From a virus, in the IMG/VR virus record IMGVR_UViG_3300005541_000008, positions 1-64,000 of that record: a stretch of 64,000 nucleotides of DNA; one strand, written 5' to 3'. Below, piece after piece: positions 19,878 to 31,489 of the stretch. Each line of letters opens with the position of its first letter. Positions within the stretch are counted from its first letter, which is position 1. Under the pieces are notes generated by a model. The model worked only from the letters and a program-made list of their open reading frames with translations. It was not told the DNA's origin and did not search any database. A program made the translations under genes and the position numbers.

Positions 19878-19951
19878 CCTCTTATATATCATAATATACA
19901 TAGTATCTTATGTATTTTATAATAATTTGTATGTATAATAATATATAAGAG
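19878..19951. other. Very AT-rich imperfect palindrome at the strand switch
   Basis: ctcttatatat...atatataagag flanking AT-rich sequence in a GC-rich genome. Confidence 0.55.
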
Positions 19952-20018
19952 AGCAAAACAGTAGTCATTTTGTGGCCCTACTGGGGCACAAATCGCGCAC
20001 GGACCATAGGGAGGAGCC

Positions 20019-20792
20019 ATGGAAAAGCTACAACCCAAGATCATTTCCCGTCCTCGGGGTACTGGTGAGGATTGTGTTTGCGAGTGTTGGGGGTGTAATC
20101 AGCAATTTTCGAATATAATTCCTACGTTATATTGTGAAAATTGTCGTGGTTCTATGCGTGCTCCGCGCTCACCTTTGCGCTGCACGTGTAAGGAGTGCGG
20201 GCATACTTGGGAGAGGAGAACGGAGACACCATCGTACTGTCCGAAGTGTATGAGTAGAGAGTGGGACGGGCCACTAAAGAGAGGGGAAGTAGAAAAGGAG
20301 TTCGTGATTTGTCATAAATGCGGGTCGCAAAAGCAGAAGGGGAAGATTGTGTGTATCGGGTGCTTGCAACCGAACACGGAAACGGCGTATTATTGTGGTC
20401 TGACAACGAGACAGTACGAGAGTTTCAAACGGTTTGTGCTCGCATACAAAGGGGAAGATCTGGTTGTGTTAGGGTTTAGAAAGCTACTCGAGTCTCCAAC
20501 GCGCGAAATGGAAACGAGACCCGAGCCCGAAGCCCCGATCCCGATACTCCAGCTCCCTGAACCCGACCCACCGCAACTCGACCCACTTCCTAAGGAAGAG
20601 CCAGAGCCCGACCCCGAGTTACAGCCCGAAGCGCTTCCTCAACCCCCTGAACCCGAGTCGCCGAGCGAAGACGCGCTTCCGTTGTTTATGGAATTCGCAC
20701 CCCCTACTCCCGATCCGATACCCGAGGGCGAGGAAGTCCCGACGGAAGAGGCGCTCAAGCTCCTTCGGAAGATAAAGTGGGAGGTAGAATGA
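20019..20792 (+). CDS. Multi zinc-finger protein with Pro/Glu-rich tail
   Basis: Several CxxC pairs; GGAGGAG RBS. Confidence 0.7.
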   Translation: MEKLQPKIISRPRGTGEDCVCECWGCNQQFSNIIPTLYCENCRGSMRAPRSPLRCTCKECGHTWERRTETPSYCPKCMSREWDGPLKRGEVEKEFVICHKCGSQKQKGKIVCIGCLQPNTETAYYCGLTTRQYESFKRFVLAYKGEDLVVLGFRKLLESPTREMETRPEPEAPIPILQLPEPDPPQLDPLPKEEPEPDPELQPEALPQPPEPESPSEDALPLFMEFAPPTPDPIPEGEEVPTEEALKLLRKIKWEVE

Positions 20793-20796
20793 GGGC

Positions 20797-20836
20797 AAAA
20801 AAAGAGCCACTCAACTCTCGAGTGGCTCTTTCTCTT
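20797..20836. terminator. Bidirectional intrinsic terminator between convergent genes
   Basis: AAAGAGCCACTC-7nt-GAGTGGCTCTTT with A and T tracts on either side. Confidence 0.8.
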
Positions 20837-20839
20837 CGG

Positions 20840-21118
20840 TTATTTCTTCGCGCCGGCCGTTTTGGCCATCGCGTCCCGGACTTGCTGTTCCTTCCACGCC
20901 CGGAACTGCTTGATCTCTTCGGCCGTTTTCTTCCGGCGGTCCTTCGCTGCCTGCTTCGCTTCGGGGCTCTGCGTGTACTGGAGCCGTTGGAACCGAAGCT
21001 TGAGGGTCGCGTTGGCGAGGTCGAGCACCCCTTGGTCACCGTATTTCTGCTTGAGTTCTACCATGGTGAGGGGTTTGAACTCGGTCGGATCCGCAGCCGG
21101 GGTCGTTTGGGTAGCCAT
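20840..21118 (-). CDS. Small basic helical protein with its own promoter (regulator candidate)
   Basis: AGGAGG RBS; basic C-half; EEIKQFRAWK motif. Confidence 0.7.
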   Translation of the reverse strand: MATQTTPAADPTEFKPLTMVELKQKYGDQGVLDLANATLKLRFQRLQYTQSPEAKQAAKDRRKKTAEEIKQFRAWKEQQVRDAMAKTAGAKK

Positions 21119-21209
21119 TGTGTTGCCTCCTTTTATATGCGCGTGTCTCGCGCGTTGGGTTATTTTATGGGCCTTGTCTCCAAGTGGCCTTTCTCAATCT
21201 TACATCTTC

Positions 21210-21238
21210 ATTATACGCCTTCTTAAAAAACATGGCAA
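21210..21238 (-). promoter_or_regulatory. Sigma70-type promoter (leftward)
   Basis: TTGCCA-17-TATAAT on the minus strand. Confidence 0.75.
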
Positions 21239-21373
21239 CGAAAAAATCGCGCGTCGAGAAAATTTTTTTCGCGCCAAAAACGCCTCTAAAAATGTTTTTA
21301 GAGGGTTGTGCACTTTTTTGAACCCCCCGTGTTCACTAAAGTGAGACTCGCGAAGCCCGCCGGTAGGGGTTTA

Positions 21374-21512
21374 TTTTTCTACGGGTCGCGCGTGGGTACG
21401 GAAATGTTTTTCTACGGGTGCGTCCGTCGGAAAATGTTTTTCTACGGATAAACCGTAGAGATTTAGATCCGGATCGGGAACCGGATTTGTACGGGTCGCA
21501 ACGGTAGAAAAA
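21374..21512. repeat. Iteron/operator-like repeats TTTTTCTACGG
   Basis: Direct copies at 21374, 21407 and 21437; variant at 21486; inverted variants at 21453 and 21502. Confidence 0.7.
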
Positions 21513-21555
21513 GGGATCCAGAAGTCACTTTCTCGGGGAGGGAAAAAGATTTTCC

Positions 21556-21584
21556 TTGCCTTTCGGGTTTAATTGAGTTATAAT
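21556..21584 (+). promoter_or_regulatory. Sigma70-type promoter (rightward, early region)
   Basis: TTGCCT-17-TATAAT. Confidence 0.75.
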
Positions 21585-23192
21585 GATGTCAATGGGGTCT
21601 CTATACATCTCAGCGAAGGGGTAAACGATGCCCGACTTAAGTGACGACGAGTATAAGGAGTTAGTCGAGTCCGCTGTCACTGCGAGAGAAGTGACCTGTC
21701 CGATGTGCCGCGGGAGATGGCTGGCGTCCCTAACCGAGGAAGATATAGAAAACGGCGTTGGGTTTGAGATAGTGTGTTTTGAGTGTTTGCTGGGTGAGGT
21801 GCAAGGTGACCGAGGAGAGATGTGAGATTTGCGAGGAGTTGACGCGCAACGGACGGAAATTTCGGGTTGCGCTAGGGGTCAACTCTGACGGAACGCTGAA
21901 GGCGAAGCACGATCACGCGATTTTGGAGTCGTTGATTGCGTCGCCGCAGCGCAAAACCCTTACGAAAGAGGAGAGGGAAGCGTTTAGGAAGTGGAAGGAG
22001 CGGGGAAGGGGGTGAGCGAAGCGTGAAGTATATAACTACAAGCGAATTTTTTCGCGGCCGCCGTAGATTTCCTTCAATGGAAAAAGCGCAGTGGGAAACG
22101 CTCGAGTACGACACCTTAGTTGACGGGATTCCGTTTGCTGCGGGTAGTAGGTTTAAGCGGTTCGAGACACTAAACTTCGGGTATGTTGTGTTTGATAGAG
22201 AAGCCAGAACGCCGGAGGGATGGATTCCGGGACGGAGAGTGTTTAGGTGGTAGGTGGAAGGAGGTGATGTTTCGTGTATATGACACCCAACATAAGATCC
22301 ACGCTCACGCTCAATATCGGGATTGCAAAGGACCCGAAGTGTAGCGTGTGCGGGCGAAAAATCCGCAACAACGAAGACTTTGGGATTACATACACAGAGC
22401 CCTGGGTGTTTTGGCATTGGAAGTGTAAGGAGGAGCGCGATGATCCAAAAACACTGCGGTGAATATCTCCGCCGGCTCAGTTCCGACAAGGAAGGCTTCG
22501 AGCTGCGCTACCACAAGTGGCAGTGTCAGATTTGTGGACGCATATTCACGCAGAAGTCTCGTGTCGAGAATGTAGAGGCTGCGCAGAGAGACCACTTGGA
22601 CATGGCTTTTCAAGTAGTTCAAGGGGTTATGGATAGGGTACGCGGCGTAGTCGAGGTGCTCGAAACGACTCCGGAGCGCGACCAAAACATCAACGTTGTG
22701 GAGGAGTTTAAAGAAGTGCTTAGGGATATGACACGGCTCAAGCACAACCTCTACGGGATACGGAAGGAGTAGCCGATGTACCTTGAGATTCCGAACGACC
22801 CTGCGAGTAGGGCGAGAGTTTTGCGTGCCGTGAATGAGGTTTTTGTTAAAAGGGGCGAAAGTCCGCTCACGCCCGAAGAAGTCGAGCATATCTTAACGGC
22901 GAAGGGCGTTGAGATTAGCGAGGCCAAAGCGGGGTTTAGAATGAAGTTTGTGTATGGAGAGGGGGAGAAGTGAGCAAGGTAGACGATATCGACTGGTCCG
23001 CACACGACGAGTTTAGTGAAAACACGTGCTATTGTAGGTGCGGCGCCGTGTTTAGGAGTCATGTTAAGCTCATCGAGCTCGAACAACGTTGGGTCTCGGC
23101 GACACGAAAGCCGTGTTCGGGGTGCGGGTCGCGCGTTAACTGTAAGGGGATCGAGTCGGATCCTGAGACGTTCACGATCAAGGGGAAGAAGG

Positions 23193-23678
23193 ATGCACTC
23201 TAGGGTCGCAAAACTCCCGCAATACAAGGGCATCCCAATTCCCTTCAACGCTACCTACCGCACTGACGGGACCCCGGACTTCAAAGTGGTCAATGAAGAG
23301 AACCGTTGGAGATGTGCGAACGAGCGCCTCTGTTGGATTTGCGGAGAGCCGTTGGAGTATTGGATTGTTTTTGTAGGAGGGCCGCGCTCGTGCGAGAATA
23401 GGCTCTTTATCGACGGTCCTATGCACGAGGAGTGTGCGTTGGACGCGGTTGAGATTTGCCCCTTCCTTGCGGGGAGGATGGATTACGCGAAGACCTTCGA
23501 TCTTTCGAAGCACGACCCCGCGCTCAAACTCGAGGAGAGGGTGAGTCATCCGCCGCCAGAGAAGATTGGGCTCTATAAAACTAGGGGCTTCGAGGTCAAA
23601 ACCGCACGCAACTCGTGGTTTTTCTTCGCGGGGAAGGCAAAACAGATCACGTGGGTGGACAGAAAGTCGCAGGGGTAA
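23193..23678 (+). CDS. Zn-binding phage hypothetical protein
   Basis: LCWICGEPL...GGP...DGPMHEECA...CPFL. Confidence 0.6.
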   Translation: MHSRVAKLPQYKGIPIPFNATYRTDGTPDFKVVNEENRWRCANERLCWICGEPLEYWIVFVGGPRSCENRLFIDGPMHEECALDAVEICPFLAGRMDYAKTFDLSKHDPALKLEERVSHPPPEKIGLYKTRGFEVKTARNSWFFFAGKAKQITWVDRKSQG

Positions 23679-25014
23679 GGTGCGTTTTTATAAATACGAC
23701 TACTGGCCGAGTGATCCGGGAGCGCCCGTCTTCTATGTGGTTATCGTGGAGCCGTCTCTCGTAGCGCATATAAGGCGTTATAAGGGAAGGGTAGAGATCA
23801 CACAAGTGCATATGGATGGCGAACTGTGTCGAGAACTTTCTGGGTGCACTTCGAGGAGAATCAGTGAGGAGGACGTGCCGGGAGCGTTGAGACTCTGGAT
23901 CGAGAGGCAGGAAAAGCAGTTAGCCGAGTTTGGTGAGTGGTGCAAGACGTTGAGAAGGAAGTACGCGAGGAAGAAAAGGGGGGCGCGACGTGGGTAAGCC
24001 GAGTTGTTTCGAGTGCGTGCACGGGGGTATCACGGGCGCAGAGCCCGAGGTCGGGATCCTCGGTCCGTATCTCGAGGAGTGTAAGGCAGCAGCGTTGACC
24101 GAGGAGATGATAGACCAGGTTGATAAGACGAGCCTAATAACTAAGGGCGTGAAGGAGTGTCTGACCGAGAAGGAGCTCGAGGGCGTTGCCTCGTTTTGCT
24201 ACGAGGAGGAGTACGCGAAGCGTTGCGGGCACTTCGACCCCGTGCTCATTGAGAAGTGCGGGCAGTGCGGGAAGAGGATGCGGGTGCCGAGATTCTCGTG
24301 GGGGTTGTTTGCGGAGTATTACGGGGACATGCCGGTGTGTAGTGAGGAGTGTAAAAAGGCGTTCGAGGATGAGTGGGTAGGGGACGAGGAGGATTGAGGT
24401 GGTGGATTGTTTCGAAACCGTAATGGGGGTCTTCTTCACGATTGTTGTGTTCCGTGCGCTATTCACGATCGTTAGGGTAGTGCACGATCTCGCACGCGAA
24501 CGGAGGGAAAGGCAACGCGTGAAGTGGATTGAATCGGCAACGAAGTTCGGGGTTAAGAAGGAGGAGTAATATGCAAGGAGAAAAATACTACCGCGAGCTG
24601 CTCAAGAAGTATATCCGCTTGCTCGGGGTCGAAGAGGGTGTTTATTACGAAGGGGAAGTTTATGCGGGTCGCGAAGACTGTGGGGTTGCGTGGACCCGCC
24701 TAGACGTGGACGAGTTTGGAACAATCATAAGAGAGATTCGCAGGGAAGAAGAGGAGGTGCGGCTTGGCAAACGAACAAATCCCGCTTAGAGGCGCAGCAC
24801 ATGTCACAATACACTGTCCCGGGTGTGCGAAGACGCTCGGGGCGTATACGAGGCTCGATCCACCCCACCCGAAGAACGCACGGACGTATTTCGGGACGTT
24901 GGTGTGTACTGAGGCTAAGTGCGGCGTGATTATGACGATTACGATTAATGCGCAGCGGCCGACTGGAGAGCCGGATCTCGAGGCGGGGGAGACGGGGGGT
25001 GTTGAGGCGGGGAA

Positions 25015-28000
25015 GTGAGTTGCGGACTCTCGCAAGAAGTAGAAGACGCGCTCGCCCGAATCGATTTCAACGCGATAGGCTTAATGAGTTTGGTGAACAC
25101 GATGAGGAGAGTACGACACGGTAGGGCAAATACCTCGTTCAAGGCACAGCTAGTACGTGAGGACGCGGGAAGTGTGTGGCTGAAAGTTGTAATGATAGCG
25201 AGGAAGATGGAGGCCACGGCAGATCATGTTGATGGCGGCTCGGAGGTTAAGGAGTGAGTTGTGAGCCGAAGAACGTACTCGGGGCGGTTGAAGCTATCGC
25301 AGAGGACTTGCGTTTTTTGTGTGCGCGGCTACGTATGGGATTAGCGAGGAAGGAAGGCCCCTTACCTGCACTAGGCACGTGGAAGTGGATCAAGGATGAC
25401 ATAGGGAGCTTGCAGCGGGTTGTGGATCATACAGACGCGGGCGCTGAGACAGCACGGACGCTGTTTGCTGTGGGCCTTATTGACGACGCCGAGGGCCGAG
25501 GTGAGTACGAAGTGCGGTGAGAAGGATTGTAGCGCTGAAGCCGAGATTTGGACCGTGCTCGAGACAATCGACAGATCTGCTGTGTATTTGTTGGAGTACG
25601 CGAACCTCATACGGGGGGTTTCAGGGCTCGGCAAGGAAAGCAGAACGCGGGCCATGTGGAATTGGGTGATTACTATTGTAAGGGGGCGTATGTTGTATGT
25701 AGTGAAGCACGTCGACAACAACGCAGGGGGCGAGTGGTGAGTTGCGGTAAAGCGCAGGAGTTAGAGGTTGTTGTCAAGCTTATCGCGTGGAGCGTGGAGG
25801 GCTTTCCTCCTATGATCGCGGATATGAGAATTATCCCTTATAAGGGGCCTGCACCTTACACGGGCGTCGACAAAGCGCGGGTGTATTGTGATATAGACAA
25901 CGCGTGGATACGGATCAGGATTGCGACGCAGAGGCTGTTATCGCTGGTCGAGCACGTGGATGAGGTCTAGAGGAGATGAAACCATGAAGGGAGTCTTTCT
26001 GGTGTTGATCATAACTTCTGTGCTTCTGCTTGTAAGAGCGCTTTTTTTGAGACGCAGGTAGATTTTGCTGAGACGAGACGACGGGGAAGGGAAATGAGTT
26101 GCGGACACATAGACGTAGAGTCGATGCTCAGCCACCTTACTGGTTTTGTTATGGGCGTGCGGATCGACGTGCGGAGGGCGAGGGACGGGAAATTGAGTCC
26201 TTACCCTAGCCGTAAGTGGTATTGGAACGACATCAGCTCGGCCGAAGCGTGGGGACGTATTGTGATCTCGGTAGAGAGTATTAACAAGACGCTCGAGCAC
26301 GTGGATGGTGATGAGGATGGACCCGAAGGATGTGCTTGATACAATAGGGGGCATCGCGGAGGGCTTATGTTTTGTGTGTGGTGAGATGCGCTCGGGGCTG
26401 AATAAGGGAAAGGCCCTACTTGTGTGGGGTTTGATTCGGAGCGATAACGAGCACTTGCAAGATGTTGTGCAGCGTTTCGAGCGAGGGGATTAGGGATGGA
26501 GCCCGAGTTTGTTTATGAGGTAGAGGTAGCGCTCGATGTGGTGGATCATTCTACGGGGTGGTTAGTCGCGTATGCGGAGGAAGTGCGTACGGGAAAGGTC
26601 TGGATGAAACCGAGTCTTTGGTTGGAGATAGTGCGGGAAGCGGAGAGGATGATGTTTGTCGTGACGCATGTTGAGGACGGCGGCGCAGGGAAATGAGTTG
26701 TAACCTACCACACGAAATTGAAGACGCGCTTGCACGGATTAGGTTTAGCGCGATGGGTTTGAGAGGTTTGTTGAACTCGGTACGGAGAGTGCGGGATCGT
26801 GGAGCGGAAACTCCGTCCAAGGCGTTGTTAAGGCGTAAACACGCGTGGTTGAGTATTAGAGCGGTGGCGGGGAGCCTGGAAGACGTGATAAACCACGTTG
26901 AAGACGGCGGGGGCGGGAAGTGAGTTGCGGCCACGGATGGGAGCTAAAAGAGGCGGTCAACATAATTGAAGGAGGCGCCGCGCTAATCTCGCTCCACGCG
27001 CGGAGGGTTTTGAGATACACACACCAGGTTGATTATCGAGTGAATAGGGACCGTCGACATTGGAGCGAGATCGTGTCAATGGCTCGGACGTTGGATAGAA
27101 TTACGAGGCATATAGAGGGGGAAGAGGGGTGAGTTGTGACACACCTCGATGGGAATTAGAAGAGGCGCTCTTTATGATCGATAAGGGCGGCGCCCTAATT
27201 TCGCGCTGCGCACGAAGTATTTCGAGAGACAGGGACCGAGTTGATTGGTGGCGTGATGAGAACCGCACCCGCCAGCACTGGGGGGAGATCGCGTCGATGG
27301 CCCGGACGCTGGATAGAGTTGCAGGACATGTAGACGACGGGAAAGGGGAAGGAGGGTGAGTTGTGGGGAGAATCTTGAGACGGAGTTCGTGATTAAGACG
27401 TTTATAGACTACTCACAAGCGCTCCAGTCTTTAGTGCGCAATATGCGGGCATCGACGCCGTACTGGAATATGGCGTTTTGGAAGGACGTGAAGTTTCACA
27501 CTAGAAATCTAACGGCGATTATGGATCATTTGGACGGGGAAGGGAAAGGGAAAGGGAAGTGAGTTGCGGGGAAGGGCTTAAGACGGAATTCGTGCTTGGG
27601 GCGTTTGAAAAGTACCCACAGGAGCTTCAGGTCTCGGTGCACAATATACGTGTGCCGACGCCGTCGTATTGGAAAGAGATCGTATTTTGGAAGGACATAA
27701 AGTATAATATAAGGCACCTAGCACTAGTCATAAACCACTTAGACGAGGAAGGAGGGGCGGAAGTGAGCTGCGACACAAAACTCGAGGTGAACGCTGCGCT
27801 TGATGAGATCGAGCAGATTGCGAAGGATCTCCAGGCGCTGGTTGTTGAGATGAGAAATTATAAGTCGCTCGAGAAGACGCAGGCGACGTGGGATGAGATT
27901 AAGAAGAAGGTGAAGAGGCTTAATTGGGTGATTGCGCATGTGGACGATGCGGCGATCCGGAGGCATTGTGAGAGGGCTTGAGCTGGATCAGGCGCTCCGT

Positions 28001-29619
28001 GATGTTGACGGCGGCGCATGGAGCTTGTTGCGGATTTTGGCGGATGACCGTGCTGTTAGGGGCATGTGGATAGATGAGCAGATGTGGAATGGCCTGAAAG
28101 CGCAGGCGGAATTTATGCTAGAGTCTGTAGAAATGGTGGACGGATGGGAGAGTACGAGATGGATGACGCGCTAGTTGAGTTGCGCCACGTGTTGGAGTAT
28201 GTGTATGGAAGTGCGGAGAGTATGTTATGGCTCTTAGGAAGCTCTCCCCGTATTGGGGGCACCTATGTTAGGAGCACCTATACTGGGCGCGGGCAGTGGG
28301 GCGGACGGCTAGACGTGCTCTCGTGGAAGCTATTGGTGAGAGAAGTAGAGCTCATGAAAGCGCGTGTCGACACGGTAGAGGGATGAAGGAGCTCGAGGTG
28401 GGGGTGGCGTTATTGCGTATCCACGAGCATGCGCAGATTATGAAACACGTTGTATCAAATCGGCGCAGCTACCCATCAGAGTTTCCTCTGCGGTGGACAT
28501 TAGAAAGGCTCCTAGAAGAGATAACCCTTCTGCAGCTTACCATGGAAAGGGTGGATGATGAGAATACGTCTGGGAGCGTCCTGGGGTAGCGAGGGAATGA
28601 AGGAGCTCGAGGTAGGGGATGCTCTAGAGTACATCAACGAACAGGCGCGGATTATAAAGTATATCACGCTGGAAAACCGCCGCGTGTCGGTGCTTTCCAT
28701 GCAGTACACGTGGAGTAGACTCGCAGGTGCAGGGGGCTTTTTGCAGTTTGTTATGGAAAGGGTAGATGGCACGGAAGCGACAAAGACTTGAGATCCTAGA
28801 TATAGAAGAAGCGCTCCCAGCCGTTTACATGCGGCTTTCTGCTCTGAAGACGCTCGTAGAGAAGGCGAGACGCTACAAATCGCGCGCGAAAATGCGGGAG
28901 GTGATGGGGGAGATCGCGTACGAAGGGGAGCGCATGCGGGATTTTGTGGAGTGTGTGCGGGATGATGTATAGATAGCTAACACGGGAAGGAGGTGTCGAG
29001 TGTCAATAAAAGACATCCAAGAAATAGGGGTAGTAACCGACGAACCCGAGTTTGGGGACTCGTGGCAGGAAATAGTCAGGGAGATCGAAAGGACAGATAA
29101 AGTGCCATTCCACGGTGCTTTCTACGCCAGCTACGGAGAGGGCGACACTACTTTTGCTCTCCTTGAGTTTTCAGAACAAGGTAGCGCAGAGGCCCTGTTT
29201 GTTGTAGGTCAGGGAGAGGCGTTAAGGCCTTATATAGAGCATTACAAGGGCTCGAGCGATTCGGCCGCTTTAAGGGCCTTTTTCAACGCTATACAAGGCA
29301 AAGATAGGTTGACAAAGGAGTTCAAGAAGTGGACGAAGGAAGGGGGCCGTTAGCTCTACCTCGTAAAGTACCGGATCCGCGTGTGATGCAAGGAAACGGA
29401 TTTCGCTACCCCGAGACTGTTAAGGATCTCGAGGTGTTGGATGCGCTCGAGAGGATTGAAGGGCGTGTGGAGGAATTGGTGCGTTGCGTGAAGGACGGAA
29501 GGCGGTATCGGACGGAGATGATGCTTTGGATTATACGGGATCGCCTTTGGGAAGAGGGGGCAAGGTTGCGGAGGGTTGTGAATAGGGTGGACGATGGGGG
29601 AATAGCGTATGACGGTTGA
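25015..29619 (+). other. Tandem family of ~18 paralogous 60-90 aa helical mini-proteins (MSCG...E.E.AL...W...HVD/E)
   Basis: ORFs at 25015, 25254, 25501, 25737, 26094, 26496, 26693, 26920, 27129, 27356, 27559 (two fused units) and more divergent ones up to 29619; mostly GTGA/ATGA overlaps. Confidence 0.75.
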
Positions 29620-30007
29620 TGAGATTAACCAGGGCGTTGCGAAGTGGATAGAGCCTGAACCGCCGAAGATGCGCGAAGATGCTGATGTGCTCCTCGCGGA
29701 AGGGCGGACGATCGAGTCGCCGGGCGGGGGTTGGGAAGCAGCGTGGAGAGGGTTTGAACCGGATTGGGTGCCCGCACCGTTTGCGACGGATATTAGGGCC
29801 GCGTGGAAAGTGATCGAGAAGCTCCGGAACAGCGGGAAGTGGTGTTGCGTTGAGGTCGCGTCTGACTACCACTACACGTATATTGTGAACCTTAGAAAGA
29901 CGGAAGATCCCGAGCACAAGCCCGACATACACGTCGACGCGGACACAGCGCCTATGGCAATATGTCTCGCAGCGCTAAAGGTCGCAGAACTCGAGGCTGA
30001 GAGGTGA
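29609..30007 (+). CDS. Phage ABA-sandwich (BC1872-like) domain protein
   Basis: FATDIRAAWKVIEKL...TAPMAICLAALK. Confidence 0.75.
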   Translation: MTVDEINQGVAKWIEPEPPKMREDADVLLAEGRTIESPGGGWEAAWRGFEPDWVPAPFATDIRAAWKVIEKLRNSGKWCCVEVASDYHYTYIVNLRKTEDPEHKPDIHVDADTAPMAICLAALKVAELEAER

Positions 30008-30032
30008 GGTCCACATACGAAGCACTTTTCCC

Positions 30033-30061
30033 TTGCTTTTGATAACCCGTTGATATATAAT
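30033..30061 (+). promoter_or_regulatory. Sigma70-type promoter
   Basis: TTGCTT-17-TATAAT in an intergenic AT-rich gap. Confidence 0.7.
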
Positions 30062-30113
30062 AGAAGTGTTATCGAACAAAGCGCTTCGTGCGCGGAAAGG
30101 GGGTGATGTGTAG

Positions 30114-30413
30114 GTGTATAGACAGGGCGATGTGCTAGTAACCCGGTTTGACGGAAAGCTTCCGAAGAGCGTTGTGCGCAAGGAAAATTGCGTGCTTGCC
30201 CTCGGAGAGGTCACGGGTCACTCGCATCAAATCAAAGAAGGGGCGGTTATGTACGAGGACGTCGATGGAACGAAGTACGTCGAAGTGCTCGGCGAGACCG
30301 CTGATCTCGTTCACGAGGAGCATGGTACCATCTCGCTCCCAGGCCCGGACGTGTATCGCGTAACGCAACAGCGCGAGTACACTCCGGAGGAAGCAAGGAG
30401 GGTAGCAGATTGA
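30114..30413 (+). CDS. Conserved RQGDV / GEVTGHSH / HEEH small protein, usual neighbour of DUF6745 genes
   Basis: MYRQGDVL, GEVTGHSH, HEEH, QREY. Confidence 0.75.
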   Translation: MYRQGDVLVTRFDGKLPKSVVRKENCVLALGEVTGHSHQIKEGAVMYEDVDGTKYVEVLGETADLVHEEHGTISLPGPDVYRVTQQREYTPEEARRVAD

Positions 30414-31489
30414 GCATCGCGGAGGATAGTCTCAATCGCCTAGTCGAGAAGTGGACTGCGATTGAGCGCTGTACAGAACCCGCGGACCGAGCTCAGGCTG
30501 AAGCTACCATTGTTGGCATGTATGAGGAGACGGGTTTAGGCCCGTCTCCCAACATGCACTGGGTAGCTAGTCCGTGGGAAGGAATGGAAATGGCTGCGTA
30601 TATTAAGCAGCGGGATTATCGCGTTGGCACGGCCGTCTGGAGGTTTGCGGTTGACGCGATCCTTAGGTATCCTGAGAAGGCGAATACGAGGAATGTGTTA
30701 GGGCTGAGCGAGAGCGCGGTGCAGAGTGCAATCGCGAGCTTCCCTGGGGGCATTACGGAGCTTGTGAGGAGGGAAGTGCAGAAGGATCAGCCTATGCACA
30801 AGAGCGGTGTTGTGGGGAGGGCGAGAGCCGGGTCGCTTGACGCGAGCGAGGCGCTACGCGCTGAGATGTACGAAATGCAAGGGGTTGATATCGGGGGCAT
30901 GAAGTGGTTGAAGCTCATGGCCGAGTATTGCGGGTTTTGGTGGATCTTTAAAGGGGACGCGGTGTTGTGTGAGAGACCCACGGCTGTGTGTTTTGAGACA
31001 CCGACCCCGAGGAATGATGAAGAGCGTCAGCTTGCAGCGCGGGGGAGGTTGAGAAGGCGGTTGCACAGTGGCGCGGGACCTGCGATTGGGTGGAGCGATG
31101 GAACGGGGATCTATGCTTGGAGGGGGGTGTTGGTTGCGGAGAACGTGATCACGAAGCCTAACGAGATGGATCCGCAGGCGATTATCACGACACCGAACAT
31201 GGAACAGAGGCGCGTGATGATGGAGCGCTACGGCTACGATCGACTGTTCTCGAAGCTCGCACATAAGGTGCTCGATGAGGATGTGGACGGAGGGGGGCAG
31301 AAGAGAAAGCTCCTCCGGATCCAGGTGAGTGGAGATGAGGACCTCGTGGTCGTGAAGGTGTCGTGTCCGTCGACGGGGAGTGTGTATTTCCTTAGGGTGC
31401 CGCCGGATACGAGGAAGTGCGCGCAGGGCATTGCGTGGACCTGGGGGATCGCGAGTATTAAGGATTATAAGCCGTTAAAGGAGACGTGA
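30410..31489 (+). CDS. DUF6745-like domain protein
   Basis: WVASP, CERP, LHSGAGPAIGWSDG..YAWRGV, NMEQRRVMME.YG, CPSTG.VY.LRVPP. Confidence 0.75.
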   Translation: MSIAEDSLNRLVEKWTAIERCTEPADRAQAEATIVGMYEETGLGPSPNMHWVASPWEGMEMAAYIKQRDYRVGTAVWRFAVDAILRYPEKANTRNVLGLSESAVQSAIASFPGGITELVRREVQKDQPMHKSGVVGRARAGSLDASEALRAEMYEMQGVDIGGMKWLKLMAEYCGFWWIFKGDAVLCERPTAVCFETPTPRNDEERQLAARGRLRRRLHSGAGPAIGWSDGTGIYAWRGVLVAENVITKPNEMDPQAIITTPNMEQRRVMMERYGYDRLFSKLAHKVLDEDVDGGGQKRKLLRIQVSGDEDLVVVKVSCPSTGSVYFLRVPPDTRKCAQGIAWTWGIASIKDYKPLKET

